From Callorhinchus milii (taxonomy: Eukaryota): a DNA stretch of 64,000 nucleotides. Position 1 is the first letter of the stretch; the number at the start of each line of letters is the position of its first letter. The notes beneath the pieces are model-generated. The model searched no databases. It saw only the letters and a list, made by a program, of their open reading frames with translations, and had not been told where the DNA came from. This document shows, one piece after another, positions 51,630 to 64,000 of the stretch. Location: NCBI RefSeq assembly GCF_018977255.1, contig NW_024704742.1:67024001-67088000 (forward strand), read 5' to 3'. Both the position numbers and the translations under genes were made by a program.

Positions 51630-54600
51630 AAACAGTGTAAACCTTATTTAGGAACATCCATGTAACCTCGGTGCATCCCTAAACCTCCTTGCCATCACAG
51701 CTGGTTCCAGGAATGCATTGTGTAAGCGAGATTCATGATTTCAATCTCCCATCCTGGAGCAAGGAGGGTCTGTGTGTACACATCCATGGGGGCTGGGGAA
51801 AAAAATGGCAAATTCAGGTTTTAACAGTTCAGATGAAATTTTGTATTCAATCGATTTTAAGTTTCATTGAAAACAATCATTTATATCGGGGAAATATTGG
51901 TTTCAAAAAAAGCCTGTTTTTAAAAAAAAGGCCTTAAAAATTATTATTGTTTTGATACATCAAAATATATCCCAATGTTCCCACTAACTACACGACAGAA
52001 CTAGGACATCTCTCTCCCAGCAATTTCATCTTCCCACCCAACTCTTATAGAATTAAATCATTGCTGTGGCTCAGTTGTCTTGGGTGGCTTAAGTAGTATT
52101 TAACCTGCCCTGTATCAGAATAGTATTAGTTACATTGTTAAGTGAATAATTAAATCAGAATGTGAATGACAGTTTGATTTAACTCATATCCCTAACGTTC
52201 TTTAACCATTTTGCCAAATTTGGAAGAAAGTCATTGCTTTCATGAGACTTGGATGCATTGAAAACCGGGGCTGACATTTTGTGCGTAAATTTGTGCTTAG
52301 CTTTGGAGCAAGCTGAGTGTTTGGCACTTTTTTTTTCACCTTCCTGTTTGCAGAATCCCCAAGGAAGTCCAGCAAAATGGCTACTCTCTTAACGCTGACT
52401 CCCCTTTGACAGCATGGCTAAGAATGGAAGCTTGCTAATGTTGACTGACTCACTGACGTGGTGTGCACCCTACCAAATTGTGAGGTTCATTGCTTTGGGG
52501 TATCAATGTGCTATGTGCTACATCTGGTGCTTAACTGACTACAATTGTGGAGCAAACATTCTGCTGCTGTACTGTCATGTAATTTAAGAATGCCAGCTGG
52601 CACTGAGGTGCAGGAATGTACATTTTCCTGCCTAGTGCAAACACATAACCTTTTGCATTTGCAAATAGAATGTGATGCTTGTCCCACTTGGTTAGGAAAC
52701 ACATTCTGTGATGCCTAGTAATTTGACACTTTATCAACTAATTTGATTTTTAAAAAAAAACTGGCGTAGTATTGGTTAATAACCACTGGATGTTCTTAGC
52801 ACACTTTGGAAGTACTGTACTTGATTTGTTCTTACTGAGCAACATAAAGTGGTAGAAAGTATGTTAAGCGTTTACCTTTCTTGCACAGTAGTTTCACGTT
52901 TTGTCAATCTGGGTAGCATAACTAAGGTCAAATGGTGCTGAAGGTCACACTTTTCCTCTGCTTAATAAAATCCCTGCATTTTGATCAAAATCATTTGATT
53001 TTTGATATTTTCTTAGTGATACAAGAAGAATTGATCTTGGAGGCCTAATGAGGCAGTGTCATAACTGAAACTTCCAGGGGGTTAGCGGAAAATCAACATC
53101 TTAAAATGTATTGAATCATAGAAATTTACTGCACCGTTCTCAGAGCAAGCTGTACTTTCAATCCCATTTAGTGAGACAACTTTAAAAGGCAATTATGTTT
53201 TATATATTTTGTTTAAAAACAGCCCCTTGAGATTTTTGGAGTTTTTTTGTCTCAAGAATTTTTTTTTTAGTATTTTAGTATTTTTTTAAAAAAGCATTTT
53301 TACTTAAAATTTGCTATTTTTCACCTGGACACTCCAATACTATGCATCTTTTTCAGTGAGATCCTTTAAATCAAATAACTAAGCTAATTTACGTCTCCTG
53401 AGGTTGTAAGCACAGGAACTTGCTCGAAACAAAGAGAGGTTTTGTAGGGTGAAGTCAAAATCGTTCCAGCTGCTGCCTAAAAACACAGAATAAATTTCAC
53501 TGCCGCTCTTGGTTAAGTTGCCTGTTACTGGTTCAGTCAAATGCTATTTACAATAAAACTGAAATGAAGGCCATTGTATCCTTAATAGCTGAAAATAGAT
53601 TATTAGCACATGTTCTACATTTTAGGCACTGAAGGGTAAATGTAAGAAACCATGGCAATTTCAGTTTTGTGAATTATGGACTGTTAAATTGCAATGAATT
53701 GTTCTGCTCGTTGGTTTTCTCATTTACAAGTGAAGTTGCTCTCGAACAAGAACTTTCTAAAAGGCAATATGACTCGTAGGTCAGTATGGCTTGCTTGTAT
53801 TAACGCTTCAGTTGCACAGGATGTGAACAGCAGTGCATACTTGTTTTACCCTTTTTAATAATGCATTTGTCTATTAATTATGTTTAGAAAAGGCATTATG
53901 GCTATCGCTGGGTTCCGACAGATGAAGCAATGAAGATTTTTTTACACAAAAATGACTACAGTATGCACAGTGGGTCTTTTTTTTCATTGCTTTTATGAAC
54001 TTTCTACCCTGTAGTGCAAAGGCAACAAAAAAAGTTGCATCAAAACTGTCTCTTAATTTTTAAAATTTAATTGAAATTCTTCCTTAATCCTCTAACTCAC
54101 CGAAAGTGCCAGCCATTAATCAAGATCATTTGTAAAAAGAACCGTGTGTTTCAAACTGTGATGTTTAAGCATGTTCTAATTTCTTCTGTAAGATGGATGG
54201 TATGATGTCAATATTCAGCGACTGCAGAGTTGATGCGTAATTATTTAATATACTTAAATCTTGGTACAACAAACTGGTTTCCACAAACCTTGTGTTGTAA
54301 CAAAGGTTCACCTTGATTTTGGCTGATGCTCTGTTATAATCTGCAGAGAAGCTCAACTCTCAGTAAAAATATCCTCTTAATATTAAGAGTGGGTCCCCCC
54401 ACAAATTTACAATGGATTTTGACCATATTAAGCTTTGCAAAAATTGTGCTAATGGATCAGGGTGCCTGGTTTTAAAAGGTGAAGGTATCTGCTTCTAAAG
54501 TCTGAGAGTTCATGTGCTTTCTCTTTCCCACTCCTTTCTCTCCTCCATTGAAAATGATTGTTCCCTTGTTTTTTCTGATTGAAGTTGCGTTCCTCTAGAA

Positions 54601-56804
54601 GGTTTTATTTACAAAAAAACAAACCCTAGTAACTGATCCTTTCCGATTACTAATTGACTTGCTGTGACAAATTCAATGTGATCTGGTTGTGTCCATAACT
54701 GCACTGCGAACTGCAAGAGGAGAAGCAGCAGGTGGGTGGGAATGAGTTTCTGCACTCTACTAAAGCCATCCTTAAAACCAATGGCAAAACTTCCATGATT
54801 TGTTGGCTGTAGAACTGCAATATTAATAGCTCTGTGGCTACCAATGCCACATTAGGTGATTTAGGACATTGGTGCCAACATGTTGATGCCATGGAATGGT
54901 TGGTTCCATCCACCAAGTTTCCAATTTCTGTCTTGTTGCTGTACAGAAATATCTGTGAAGCGCTTTGAGACATTTCCAAAACGTGATAAGGTGCTGTATC
55001 AAATGCAAGGATTATTATTATTATTATTTACTAAAGGCTATGACTTACTTTCTTCGCTGGTAGGGAGGGGAACATTGGAGGGTGACATATCCCTGGATTC
55101 TTTGACATATCCTGACAACTGGGTTCATAGTGGGATTGGCAGAACCCTAGGAGCAAGTCACCAACTTAGGCTCTTGACTCCAAGTAGTGTGTGGCCTGGA
55201 GACATCAAGGGTAGGAAAATGTTACACTCAAAACAAATATTGACGCCAGTTTGACTCACTGTTAGCATTAATGTCATTGTGTAAGTGGGCTATAGAGTCT
55301 ACATTTTGTATGCAGATTCTGTGGATTCATTAGGATCAACAGAAAGGGAAAGAGAGAAAGAGAAAAAGACTAGTCCCAGCATCGAACATAGTATTTTTCC
55401 AACAGATGGAATAATACATCTCTGATGGCAATAGGGACAGTTTTCAAATGACAGACATAAAAAATTCAAAACCTTTTTTTGAAAAGCAAAAACAGGGATG
55501 TATTTTTATACTGTTAGTTCCTAAATAACCCATTATTCTCTTCATCTACAAACTGAAGTGTTCCAGTCATTGACAGATATGTGGACAACATTCGCGTTCT
55601 TAACACTCACCACTTCAAAAAACAAGCACCTGGCATAGTATGTTAAATAATGCTAATGTTAGATGATCGCCCACAAATTATACACAACCACCTCACTTTT
55701 GTGATCTGCTTTGAGACATCTCGGTGACGTGATAAGGCACTAAATGCAAGGATTTTTTATATATGAATTAACACTTCCCAAGAGTAACAACCATTGAATC
55801 TCAGTGCATACAGAGGCAAAACTGTTTTCTTGGTAATATTGAACCTAATTCAGTGGCACCAATTAACAACAACGACTGTTTTCATTGAGGCCAAATTGGC
55901 CCCATAGGTCTAACAATGTCCCCCATGCCAATGCAGTTGCAACCTTAAACTAATTCTTACCATGTGCTTAAAATTCAAAGGTGTGTTTTGGAAATTTGGG
56001 TTCCATTTCACATCGTTACTGGACTGTGAAGCTTTAAAAAGCCCAATTCCTCCCAATTTAAAAAAAACACTGTGTATTTAGTGTGTTTCTTTCTTTATTC
56101 ACTGTCCTCCACGACCCACTAGGTGACCACAGTGTTGGTGCTGGTGGTGGAAATAATGCAGCAAATATCCACTCTAAAATGCTGTGACGTTATGCTCTTA
56201 AGTTATTGACCTATGAAAATTGCAGCAGAAGCTTCGAGCAAGTCCTGAGTGGTGAGGACATGAAGTCAGGTTGAGACTTTATTTGATGACTTGAGTTGAA
56301 GTTCCATTTCTGCTTTGGCAGCCTCAGTTCAAGCCATTCCTTAATGAGTCTGGTCACTCTGTCCTGGTAGGAATACTCCTTTGACCCCACATCGGGACAG
56401 TATTCTGAGCATGAGAATGGCTTTTGGGAGCTTTCTTTTGAGAGGACAGTCAAGCTGTGGTTGAGACCAACCTCCCCACAGGTCAGCTTCACCCTGAATT
56501 AGGAACGCTCTGTTAGAGCTAGGTGGAGGTGCTGTGGTTTTCAACATCTCGGGAGGGATTTTATTTTGGCCCAGACAGCCCTTCCTGACTGAGTACATTA
56601 CCCATCAAAAGGACTACAGAAGAGCACTCCTTTGTGTTCTCACGGGCAGCAATGCTGGACTCTTAATGAAGCCTCTTAAGTTCAGCCTATTGTATCACTG
56701 GTCTCTGCGTTGGTTCTTTGACTCAGTGGAAGTAGATCAGGCAGCAACCTGTACTTCTAGATGTCAACATGCAATTTGCTAGTACCAACTTGCATTTACC
56801 AGAT

Positions 56805-57192
56805 GGAGACCTGTATCTTATTGGTTAGAACATTCGCCTCTTAAGTGTGAGGACCTGGGTTCAATTCCTGGGCAGGGCAAAACCTTAGCCGAGTTCCCCT
56901 TACTCCACACGCCTCTGTTTACCTAGCAGAAAGTAGTAACCCGGTTGTTAGTCAATTGGCGGAATACTTTTCTGGGGGTAATAATCCCTTTAAAAAAAAA
57001 ATTTATAATAATAATAATGTGGTGATTTGGACTATTTGTGGGATACGGCTGTGCGCAATTGGCTGCCGGGTTTAGCCCAAAAAATATACAGTCAATTATA
57101 TAATATATTATACTAATATAATATACTATTATCAGTATAATTTGTGAAGCACTTTGAGACATCTCGATTTTAAATACAAAGATTATGTTATT
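56805..57192 (+). mobile_element. Full-length Deu SINE (long subfamily) with AT-rich expansion
   Basis: ggagacctgtatcttattggttagaac head, ctccacacgcctctgtttacctagc segment, Deu core and degenerate tail. Confidence 0.85.
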
Positions 57193-57436
57193 GTTAAGAT
57201 CAGTCAGATCACAAATTAGCAATGTGCCTGTGTTGTCCATGCCCGGTAGTGATCTCCCATCTTCTCTGTGTAGCTATTGTCATTTATCAGTCTTCAGTGA
57301 AGTGAACAAGATGCTGAGTTAATAAGAAGGAAAGTAAGGGCCGTTTTCTTTGAGCCACAGCACGTTACATGCGTTGTATTCTCTTCTTTCTACCCCTTCC
57401 TCTCCAGTTCTTGGGCCTGACAGTTCTGTGGGGATG

Positions 57437-58320
57437 TCATAGAATCATAGATTTATACAGCACAGAAGGAGGCCATTCGGCCCATCGTGTCTGGCCAGCT
57501 CCTTTAAAAGAGCTATCCAGTTCAGTCCCACTCCCCCGTTCTCTCCCCATAGCCCTGCAAACTTGCCCTCCCCAAATAATTATCTGCTTCTCTCTTAAAA
57601 GCTCTTATCAAATTGGCTTCCACCTCCCTTTCAGGCAATGCATTCCAGATCCGAACAACTCGCTGTGTGAAAAAATTTCTCCTCATCTCCCCTCTGTTTC
57701 TTTTAACAACTATTTTAAATTGGTGTCCTCGGGTTACTGACCCACCCGCCAGTGGAAATAGTTTCTCCTTATTCACCCTATCGAATCCCTTCATAATTTT
57801 GAAAACTTCTATTAAGTCTCCTCTTAACCTTCTCTGCTCCAAGGAGACTAATCCTATCTTCTCTAACCTCTTCTCACAACTGAAATCCCTCATTCCTGGT
57901 AAATCTCCTTTGCACCCTCTCCAATGCCTTGACATCCTTCCTAAAGTGTGGCGCCCAGAACTGAACACAGTCTCTCGCTGAGGCCTAACCAGTGCTTTAT
58001 AAAGGTTCATCATAACTTCCTGACTTTTGTATTCTCTGCCCCTATTTATAAAGCCAAGTATCCCGTATGCTTTTTTAACAGCTTTATCTCCCTGTCCTGA
58101 CACCTTCAAACATTTACTGATATGAACCCCCCGGTCTCTCTGTTCCTTCACCCCCTTTAAGATTGTACCATCGGTTTATATGGCCTCTCCTCATTCTTCC
58201 TCCCAAAATGCATCACTTTGCATTTCTCCACATTAAACTTCATCTGCCACGTGTCTGCCCATTTTACCAGTCCTCTTGCAGTCTGCTACTATCCTCCTCA
58301 CTGTTTACTACTTTTCCTAG
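57437..58320 (-). mobile_element. 5'-truncated CR1-clade LINE (ORF2 reverse transcriptase C-terminus plus 3' UTR), inactive
   Basis: ORF 57522-58151 reads AVKKAYGILGFINRG..YKSQEVMMNLYKALVRPQ...SLEQRRLRGDLIEVFKIMKGFD...TRGHQFK...RRNFFTQRVVRIWNALP, typical of CR1. Upstream, WADTWQMKFNVEKCKVMHFG can be read. The 3' end is (CTATGATT)n at 57437. The LEYCVQFW segment is frameshifted. Confidence 0.93.
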
Positions 58321-58794
58321 TTTATGTCCTTCTATGCATTGCAGAACTAGGAGAAATCACTTGACAATGTCTTAAAGAGATTATGTCATAGTCTCATAAA
58401 GGGGTTTCGTTTCATGATTTTTATTTTTTGCCTGGCAAAATACCTTCAGTTGTGGTTACCCAGCAGTATGTGAAGGATGGCAGGGCTAGAGGAACAAAGA
58501 AGAGCTTAACAAGGTAGGTCATCTCTTTCTGTGCACAGCAATATTTATTATATATATATATTAAAAAAATGGACACTCCTCCAAAGCGTTGAATATTGTT
58601 GCTCGAGTGGAACAGCAGTCAAGACAAAAATAGTCTTGTGAGTACAATTCTGACCATAATCAGCAAAGCCTCACAGTCCGACAAAGTATCTGATTGTGAT
58701 TTCTACCTTATTGTTGAACACAGATTGAGTTTTAAATTTGGCTGCATTTTAGGAACAAAAATGCCTAAGCACATCTATGTAAATCTTGTTAATT

Positions 58795-58897
58795 ATAATA
58801 ATAATAATAATAATCCTTGAATTTGATATAGCGCTTTTCACGTCGGGAGGACGTCCCAAAGCGCTTCACAGAACACACCGTAAAGTGAATTGACTGA
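58795..58897 (-). mobile_element. 3' fragment of young Deu SINE
   Basis: (aat)n ccttgaatttgatatagcgcttttcacgtcgggaggacgtcccaaagcgcttcacagaa matches the tail of the 47465 copy. Confidence 0.85.
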
Positions 58898-59079
58898 TAT
58901 TTTATATTTTAATTGTTCATTTTATATGCTAAACATGCATATTTACTCTTATTGTTTCAGATCACTGATCACCATCTATTTGTGCTCCATTTGTATTGTA
59001 TAACAGTGAGAAGAACACAGCTATTTTTTCTCAAAAACAATTCTTTAAAGTAACTGTCACAAAATTTGACATATAAATA

Positions 59080-59310
59080 CATTTTCATTTTCCAGGGTAG
59101 TGAGGTTGTGGAACTCACTGTCTGAAGCGGTGGTTGAATCAAATAGTGTAGATGCGTTCAACAGGAACATAGACCTTCACATTAGGGAGAGGGGAATAGA
59201 AGGGTATGGGAGGGAGTAAGGAGTGGGTAAAGACTTGTGTGGAATATATACACCAGGATGGACTGGTTTGGCTTGTTTCTGTGCTGTGCATTCTCTGTAA
59301 TCTCTTTGTA
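59080..59310 (+). mobile_element. CR1 LINE 3' end
   Basis: agggtagtgaggttgtggaactcactg (RVVRLWNSL), ggaatagaagggtatggg, and tail tctgtgctgtgcattctctgtaatctct. Other short CR1 tails lie near 842-950, 20225, 35800, 44520-44670, 50950-51045, 53115, 59700-59805 and 63900. Confidence 0.72.
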
Positions 59311-60385
59311 TCTCTTTGTAACGTCGACATATAAGCACTAGTTAATGTAAGCCAAGGTGGAGAGTACGGAGCGGAAATTATACTAGGGAGGCAAATTTTA
59401 GAGGTTTTTGTTTCCCTTTAAAACATCTGGAAAATGTATTGAAAAGTTACCAAATGAGCCAGCTGTGAGCAAGACTTATCATTTATTAACATACAAAAGT
59501 GAACATTGCAATGTGGTAGAACTACAATGTGCAACATTAAAAGGTAGCTTGTACCTTCACAGTCACTAATCTTGTTTGTACTGGGGAGGGGTTTGCAGGG
59601 ATATGCAGTAAACTACAACAACAACTTGCATTATATAGCACCGTCCACGCAGGGTAGTGTCTCAGAGCGCTTCACAGTGGCGGAGTCTGACTGAGCAAAC
59701 TACAGGGATATGGGAAAAGGGCAGGTAAATGGGACTGAGGATTGTTTAGGACCCGAAATAGCTGACCCGAATGGTCTTCTTCTGTGCTGGACATTTCTAA
59801 GGTTCTAGTGTAAGATTTAACCCTTCACTGGAACTTGTGAGTTATCCAGAAAAGGGAATTTTTAAAAAAAGTTCCCTCGCCCAAACAAAGCTTCTGTTTT
59901 GTGGCGCTGGCAAATTAACAGGTTTTATTTCTAAAGTAAAGTGAATTAAAGAAAATCGAGACGAGGTTTTTTTTGCAGTATCAATATATAACCAACATTC
60001 TCTCTAGTATTGAACTTACTTTTATATTTTGTGGAGTATTCTGGGCTCTCTGAATGAGTTGGATATTTTCCAACAATTGCAGATGTTAGCAGTAGAAATC
60101 ACTTAAAAACATTTTTTGTTATGTTAAATCATTTGGCTCCATTGGATGAGCTAGCACCAGGCTTGATGGGTCAGATAGATTACACAGTGTTTGCTGGGTT
60201 TAAAAATGTATTTGAATACGTTTTTTTACACTCAGCATATCCATTTCACTGAGCTACAGCTAAGAAATTAGTAGTGCGGACCTACTTTACCTTCTCCGTT
60301 AATATATCCCTGTGCTGTTGCTTGGCATGTTTTACTCTATGCTGCCTGTGAAACTGAGAGAATGATGCAGAGAGTTGCGTAGTAT

Positions 60386-60730
60386 TAATAATAATAATCC
60401 TTGTATTTAGCACCTTATCACATTGTCGACACGTCTCAAAGTGCTTCACAGAATGTACTGTAAAGTGGATTGACTATGTATTTTGTGGGTGAAACACGAT
60501 GCCAATTGTGCAAAGCAGTGTCCCACAAACAGTCATGGATTGAGTGACCCAATTTTTTTTGAGGGATTATTATACCTAAAATGCGATCCGCCAATCGACT
60601 AACAATCAGGTTCCTACTTACTGCTAGGTAAACAGAGGCTTGCGGAGTAAGGAAACTTGCCCAAGGTTGCACCCTGCCTGGGAATCAAACCAAGGTTCTC
60701 TTACTTGCAAGGCGAGCACGCTAACCATCA
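60386..60730 (-). mobile_element. Near full-length Deu SINE (long subfamily)
   Basis: The reverse complement aligns by eye with 22658-23031 from head to (ATT)n tail. Confidence 0.88.
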
Positions 60731-61289
60731 CTCAACGCGTTGATCTTGTTGCCTTGGGCTCTCATAAACTGGTGCTTTCACAACCCATCAAGGCTCATGT
60801 GATCCCTCCCCTCTCATTTTGGGTAGAGGTCTGCCATACATCGCTCTGCGCCTGACCCCCAGTTCCTTGCTTGTATCCTACACACAGGCATTATAAAACT
60901 CCTTTTGCTCTGAATATTAAATTCAATGTTACAGTTCTACTGAAACAGTAACTGTTGAACTAAGTGATAGAATTTATTGAACTTTTTTTGTTTTAAATGT
61001 ACCAAAGTCTTGAGAAGCCTAATAGGGGTGAGTTCTTTTTAAACAGGGGATGTTTCAGCTGATCTCAATGGGATGCATGTTAACCCTTCCCGCACAACCC
61101 CTCCCCAATAAAATAGGAATCTATAACTACAGCTCATTGGACTTGTCTATAAGACAGATTTTAAGTACTGAAACATTTCTGTGGTTGCTGTCCCTGACCT
61201 CAATTTACAATCTCATAAGCAGAGTATTAAAGAGGTACTTTTTGAATTGAAGTCATAAAATGCAGGAGACCAACCTAGATTTGTATATA

Positions 61290-61627
61290 TAATAACATAA
61301 TAATCCTTGCATTTGATATAGTGCCTTTTCACGTTGTTTAGACATCTCAAAGTGCTTCACAGAATATACTGTACAGTGAATTGACTACATTTTATGGGTG
61401 AAACTTGGTAGCAATTTTGCACAGCATCGTCCCAGAATCATGGATTGAGTAACCAAATTTATTTTTTGGAGGCATTTTTACCCCTGAAAAGGGATCTGCC
61501 AATCGACTGACAACTGCTTCCTACTTACTGTAAGGAAACTTGCCCAAGGTTTCATCCTGCCCGGGAATCGTACCCAGGTCCTCTCACCTGCAAGGCGAGT
61601 ACTGCAACCAATTCACTACAGGACTCC
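61290..61627 (-). mobile_element. Full-length Deu SINE (long subfamily, small internal deletion)
   Basis: Ends ...ctacaggactcc at 61627 and has the tail aatccttgcatttgatatagtgcc. Confidence 0.88.
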
Positions 61628-62466
61628 GCTGAATGTTGCCAATAACCGGGGCTGGGCTGCTCCCACCCTCAGCAACTCTGCCAGGACACATCCCTGTCAT
61701 CTGCAGGATTCAATGAAACTTCTGTAGTTTAGACCCCAGTATCCCCCAGAGATGTTTGTGAAAATATGTTTTTGAAAATGCTAGCCTGCAGCTAGGCACT
61801 AGAAGATGTGCGGACGTGCACTGCAGTCGGTAACTGAGCTGCTCCGATTTGCCCAAAGTCACAGTGGAAGTGAAATTCCTGGTTTGCCGCTTGGCAGCTC
61901 CTCGCGGCAGCAAACGACTAAGAACTTGCTGTGTGGGGAAATGCAGGTGGAAACCCTTATCCAACCACTCCATGGCTTATCAACGTGTTTTGCACAGTGT
62001 TCCCTGGTTAAGGGGAACTTTAGATGGAGCTAACGATGCCAACAGATTTTTAAAAAAGCGTTAACTAACTGTTTTCGCTCCAACTAGTGTTAGTTATAGT
62101 AGTGTGTTCTATAGATGGATTTTGCAATTGCCAGAGTCGTGAGTGTTGACTGTTTGACCCGTATTCAAATGATGCTTTCTGGCATCTAACTCTCTGTAGT
62201 ATTTAATCCCAGTGCATCACCCAGGCTGCAATGCATAGCCCCCTATCTTACTGGCCTCTCAATTAAAGCTGTACAACACAACACAGTTCTTTATGGCAGT
62301 GCCACAGTTCAATCTGCATTAGCACAATTGTGCTAGAAACAATACACTGAAAAATTAAAATCTTCCCTTTCCCCACGACTAAAACTCTGTACAGTAACAT
62401 GCCTTAGAGTAATATTCCTTTCCTCTTTATATTTAGGTCTTCGAGGCTTTTCTTGTATTTCTGTAA

Positions 62467-62859
<393 letters not shown>

Positions 62860-63477
62860 TAAACTTTGAACGCTTTGCGGTTTTGTTCTGTCCATTTCAG
62901 TTTTTTAAAGTGAATCTCAGGGTCTTCATTTGAAATGCAACGTGATGCTGTGATGGGGAGGGGAACAGTGGGGTGGGTGTTCTGGAAGGTTGAGATTGGA
63001 CGGGCCAAAGGGCCTTCTTCATCCAAACCAACCTTATGTTCTTGTGAAACAGGCATTAAAAAGGTTCTGGAGTGTGTGTGTTGCATTCACAGTTGCTGGT
63101 GAGTATTTGATTAGTAAGTGTATCTCTTAACGATTGATCACCTGCCCAACAGTCTGGGGCTGGTAGAAATCGCTTATTATTAATTTATCTGATTCTTGAC
63201 GGATAAAATAGATGTTTAATTTTTTCCTCAGACTTTTATCGCTTTTCTTTAAACTGCGAAAATAACCAACCTCCGGACTGTTGGTTGCCTCGGATGTCAC
63301 TTGCGGTTCGCTGTGTGTAAACGTCACACGGAAAGGACCTCCCGGAAACTCAGAAGTTGGCAAATGCTAAAAAATCAACTTAAAAAGTTTGTCACCTGTG
63401 AATGAATTCTCACAAGGTTGAGTTTCTGACTTTGGTGTTGAAAACGCATGAGTTTCAGGAAAGGAGCCTTGGGGTTA

Positions 63478-63800
63478 AGCAACAGCAATTTGCCTTTATA
63501 GAGCATCCTTCACATAGAGTTACAGGAGCGTTTCCCAGTGGCGAGGACGGTTGCCAAGCAGGGAGGGGAGATGAGCGCAGCCAGTCGAGGAGGAAGAGGC
63601 AGGACTTGACAAATTAGCGAGAGCACAACGTGGAGGAGTTGAGTGAAAGAGTTCCAGAGGTTAGTGGTGTAGAACTGGAAAGCTCGACCACCAATGATGG
63701 TGCGTGTTTGACGGGGATCCTGCAGTGAGTTTGAATTAGCCGAGCGGTGGGGGTGAGCAGAGGATGGGGTAGCAGAAAATCAGAGCGATAAGGAGCGTAT
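63478..63800 (-). mobile_element. L2 3' fragment in the intron downstream of the CTBP1 exon
   Basis: gagttccagagg...ggaaagctcgaccaccaatg (minus strand IGGRAF...LWNSF), and tail aacagcaatttgcctttatagagc. Confidence 0.65.
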
Positions 63801-64000
63801 CACATGACGGGAACCCCATGTACATTGCACCAACTTTCTGCAATTTCAGCGTTCAGAGATTCTATCCTGTGTGAAGGGCGCTATATGAATGCAAGTTTAC
63901 AAAGATTTACAATGAATGTGCAGCACGGAAACAGCCCACTTGGCCCAACCAGTCTGTGCTGATGTTTATGGTGGGTATGGGAGGGAGGGACTCCACACGA

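Noticed and set aside
54374..54389. 16-bp palindrome ctcttaatattaagag and similar short palindromes (for example 2222-2235, 23550-23570)
   Set aside because: Short AT-rich or 8-bp-stem palindromes are expected by chance in 64 kb.
57522..58151. 209-aa ORF as a host protein or active LINE
   Set aside because: It is the C-terminal part of CR1 ORF2, 5'-truncated, with compensating frameshifts through the LEYCVQFW region.

Overview
This is AT-rich, CpG-depleted vertebrate genomic DNA, not prokaryotic sequence. The repeat content (tRNA-headed Deu-domain SINEs plus CR1 and L2 LINE relics) suggests a cartilaginous fish, probably a holocephalan; that assignment is inference. The only convincing host coding sequence is one 155-nt + strand exon (62600-62754, AG/GT bounded) encoding [52 protein letters not shown], the N-terminal substrate-binding segment of C-terminal binding protein 1 (CTBP1). 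The rest of the window is most simply read as a large CTBP1 5' intron or upstream region. It carries dozens of copies of at least three age tiers of a tRNA-Ala-like SINE, many 5'-truncated L2 and CR1 fragments, a Tigger/pogo-like MITE, several long palindromes, and repeat-poor blocks that look like conserved non-coding elements. Almost all ORFs in the track are spurious or are LINE remnants. I found no demonstrably new biological system. The best leads are a candidate upstream exon ending ATGTCAG|GT that would give an MSGIRPP (CtBP1-S-like) N-terminus, SINE/L2 tail sharing with apparent tail swapping and covarying stem-loops, a 37-bp-arm hairpin beside an unexplained CpG-rich insert, and a 226-bp palindromic element. 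Boundaries of degenerate repeats are approximate.
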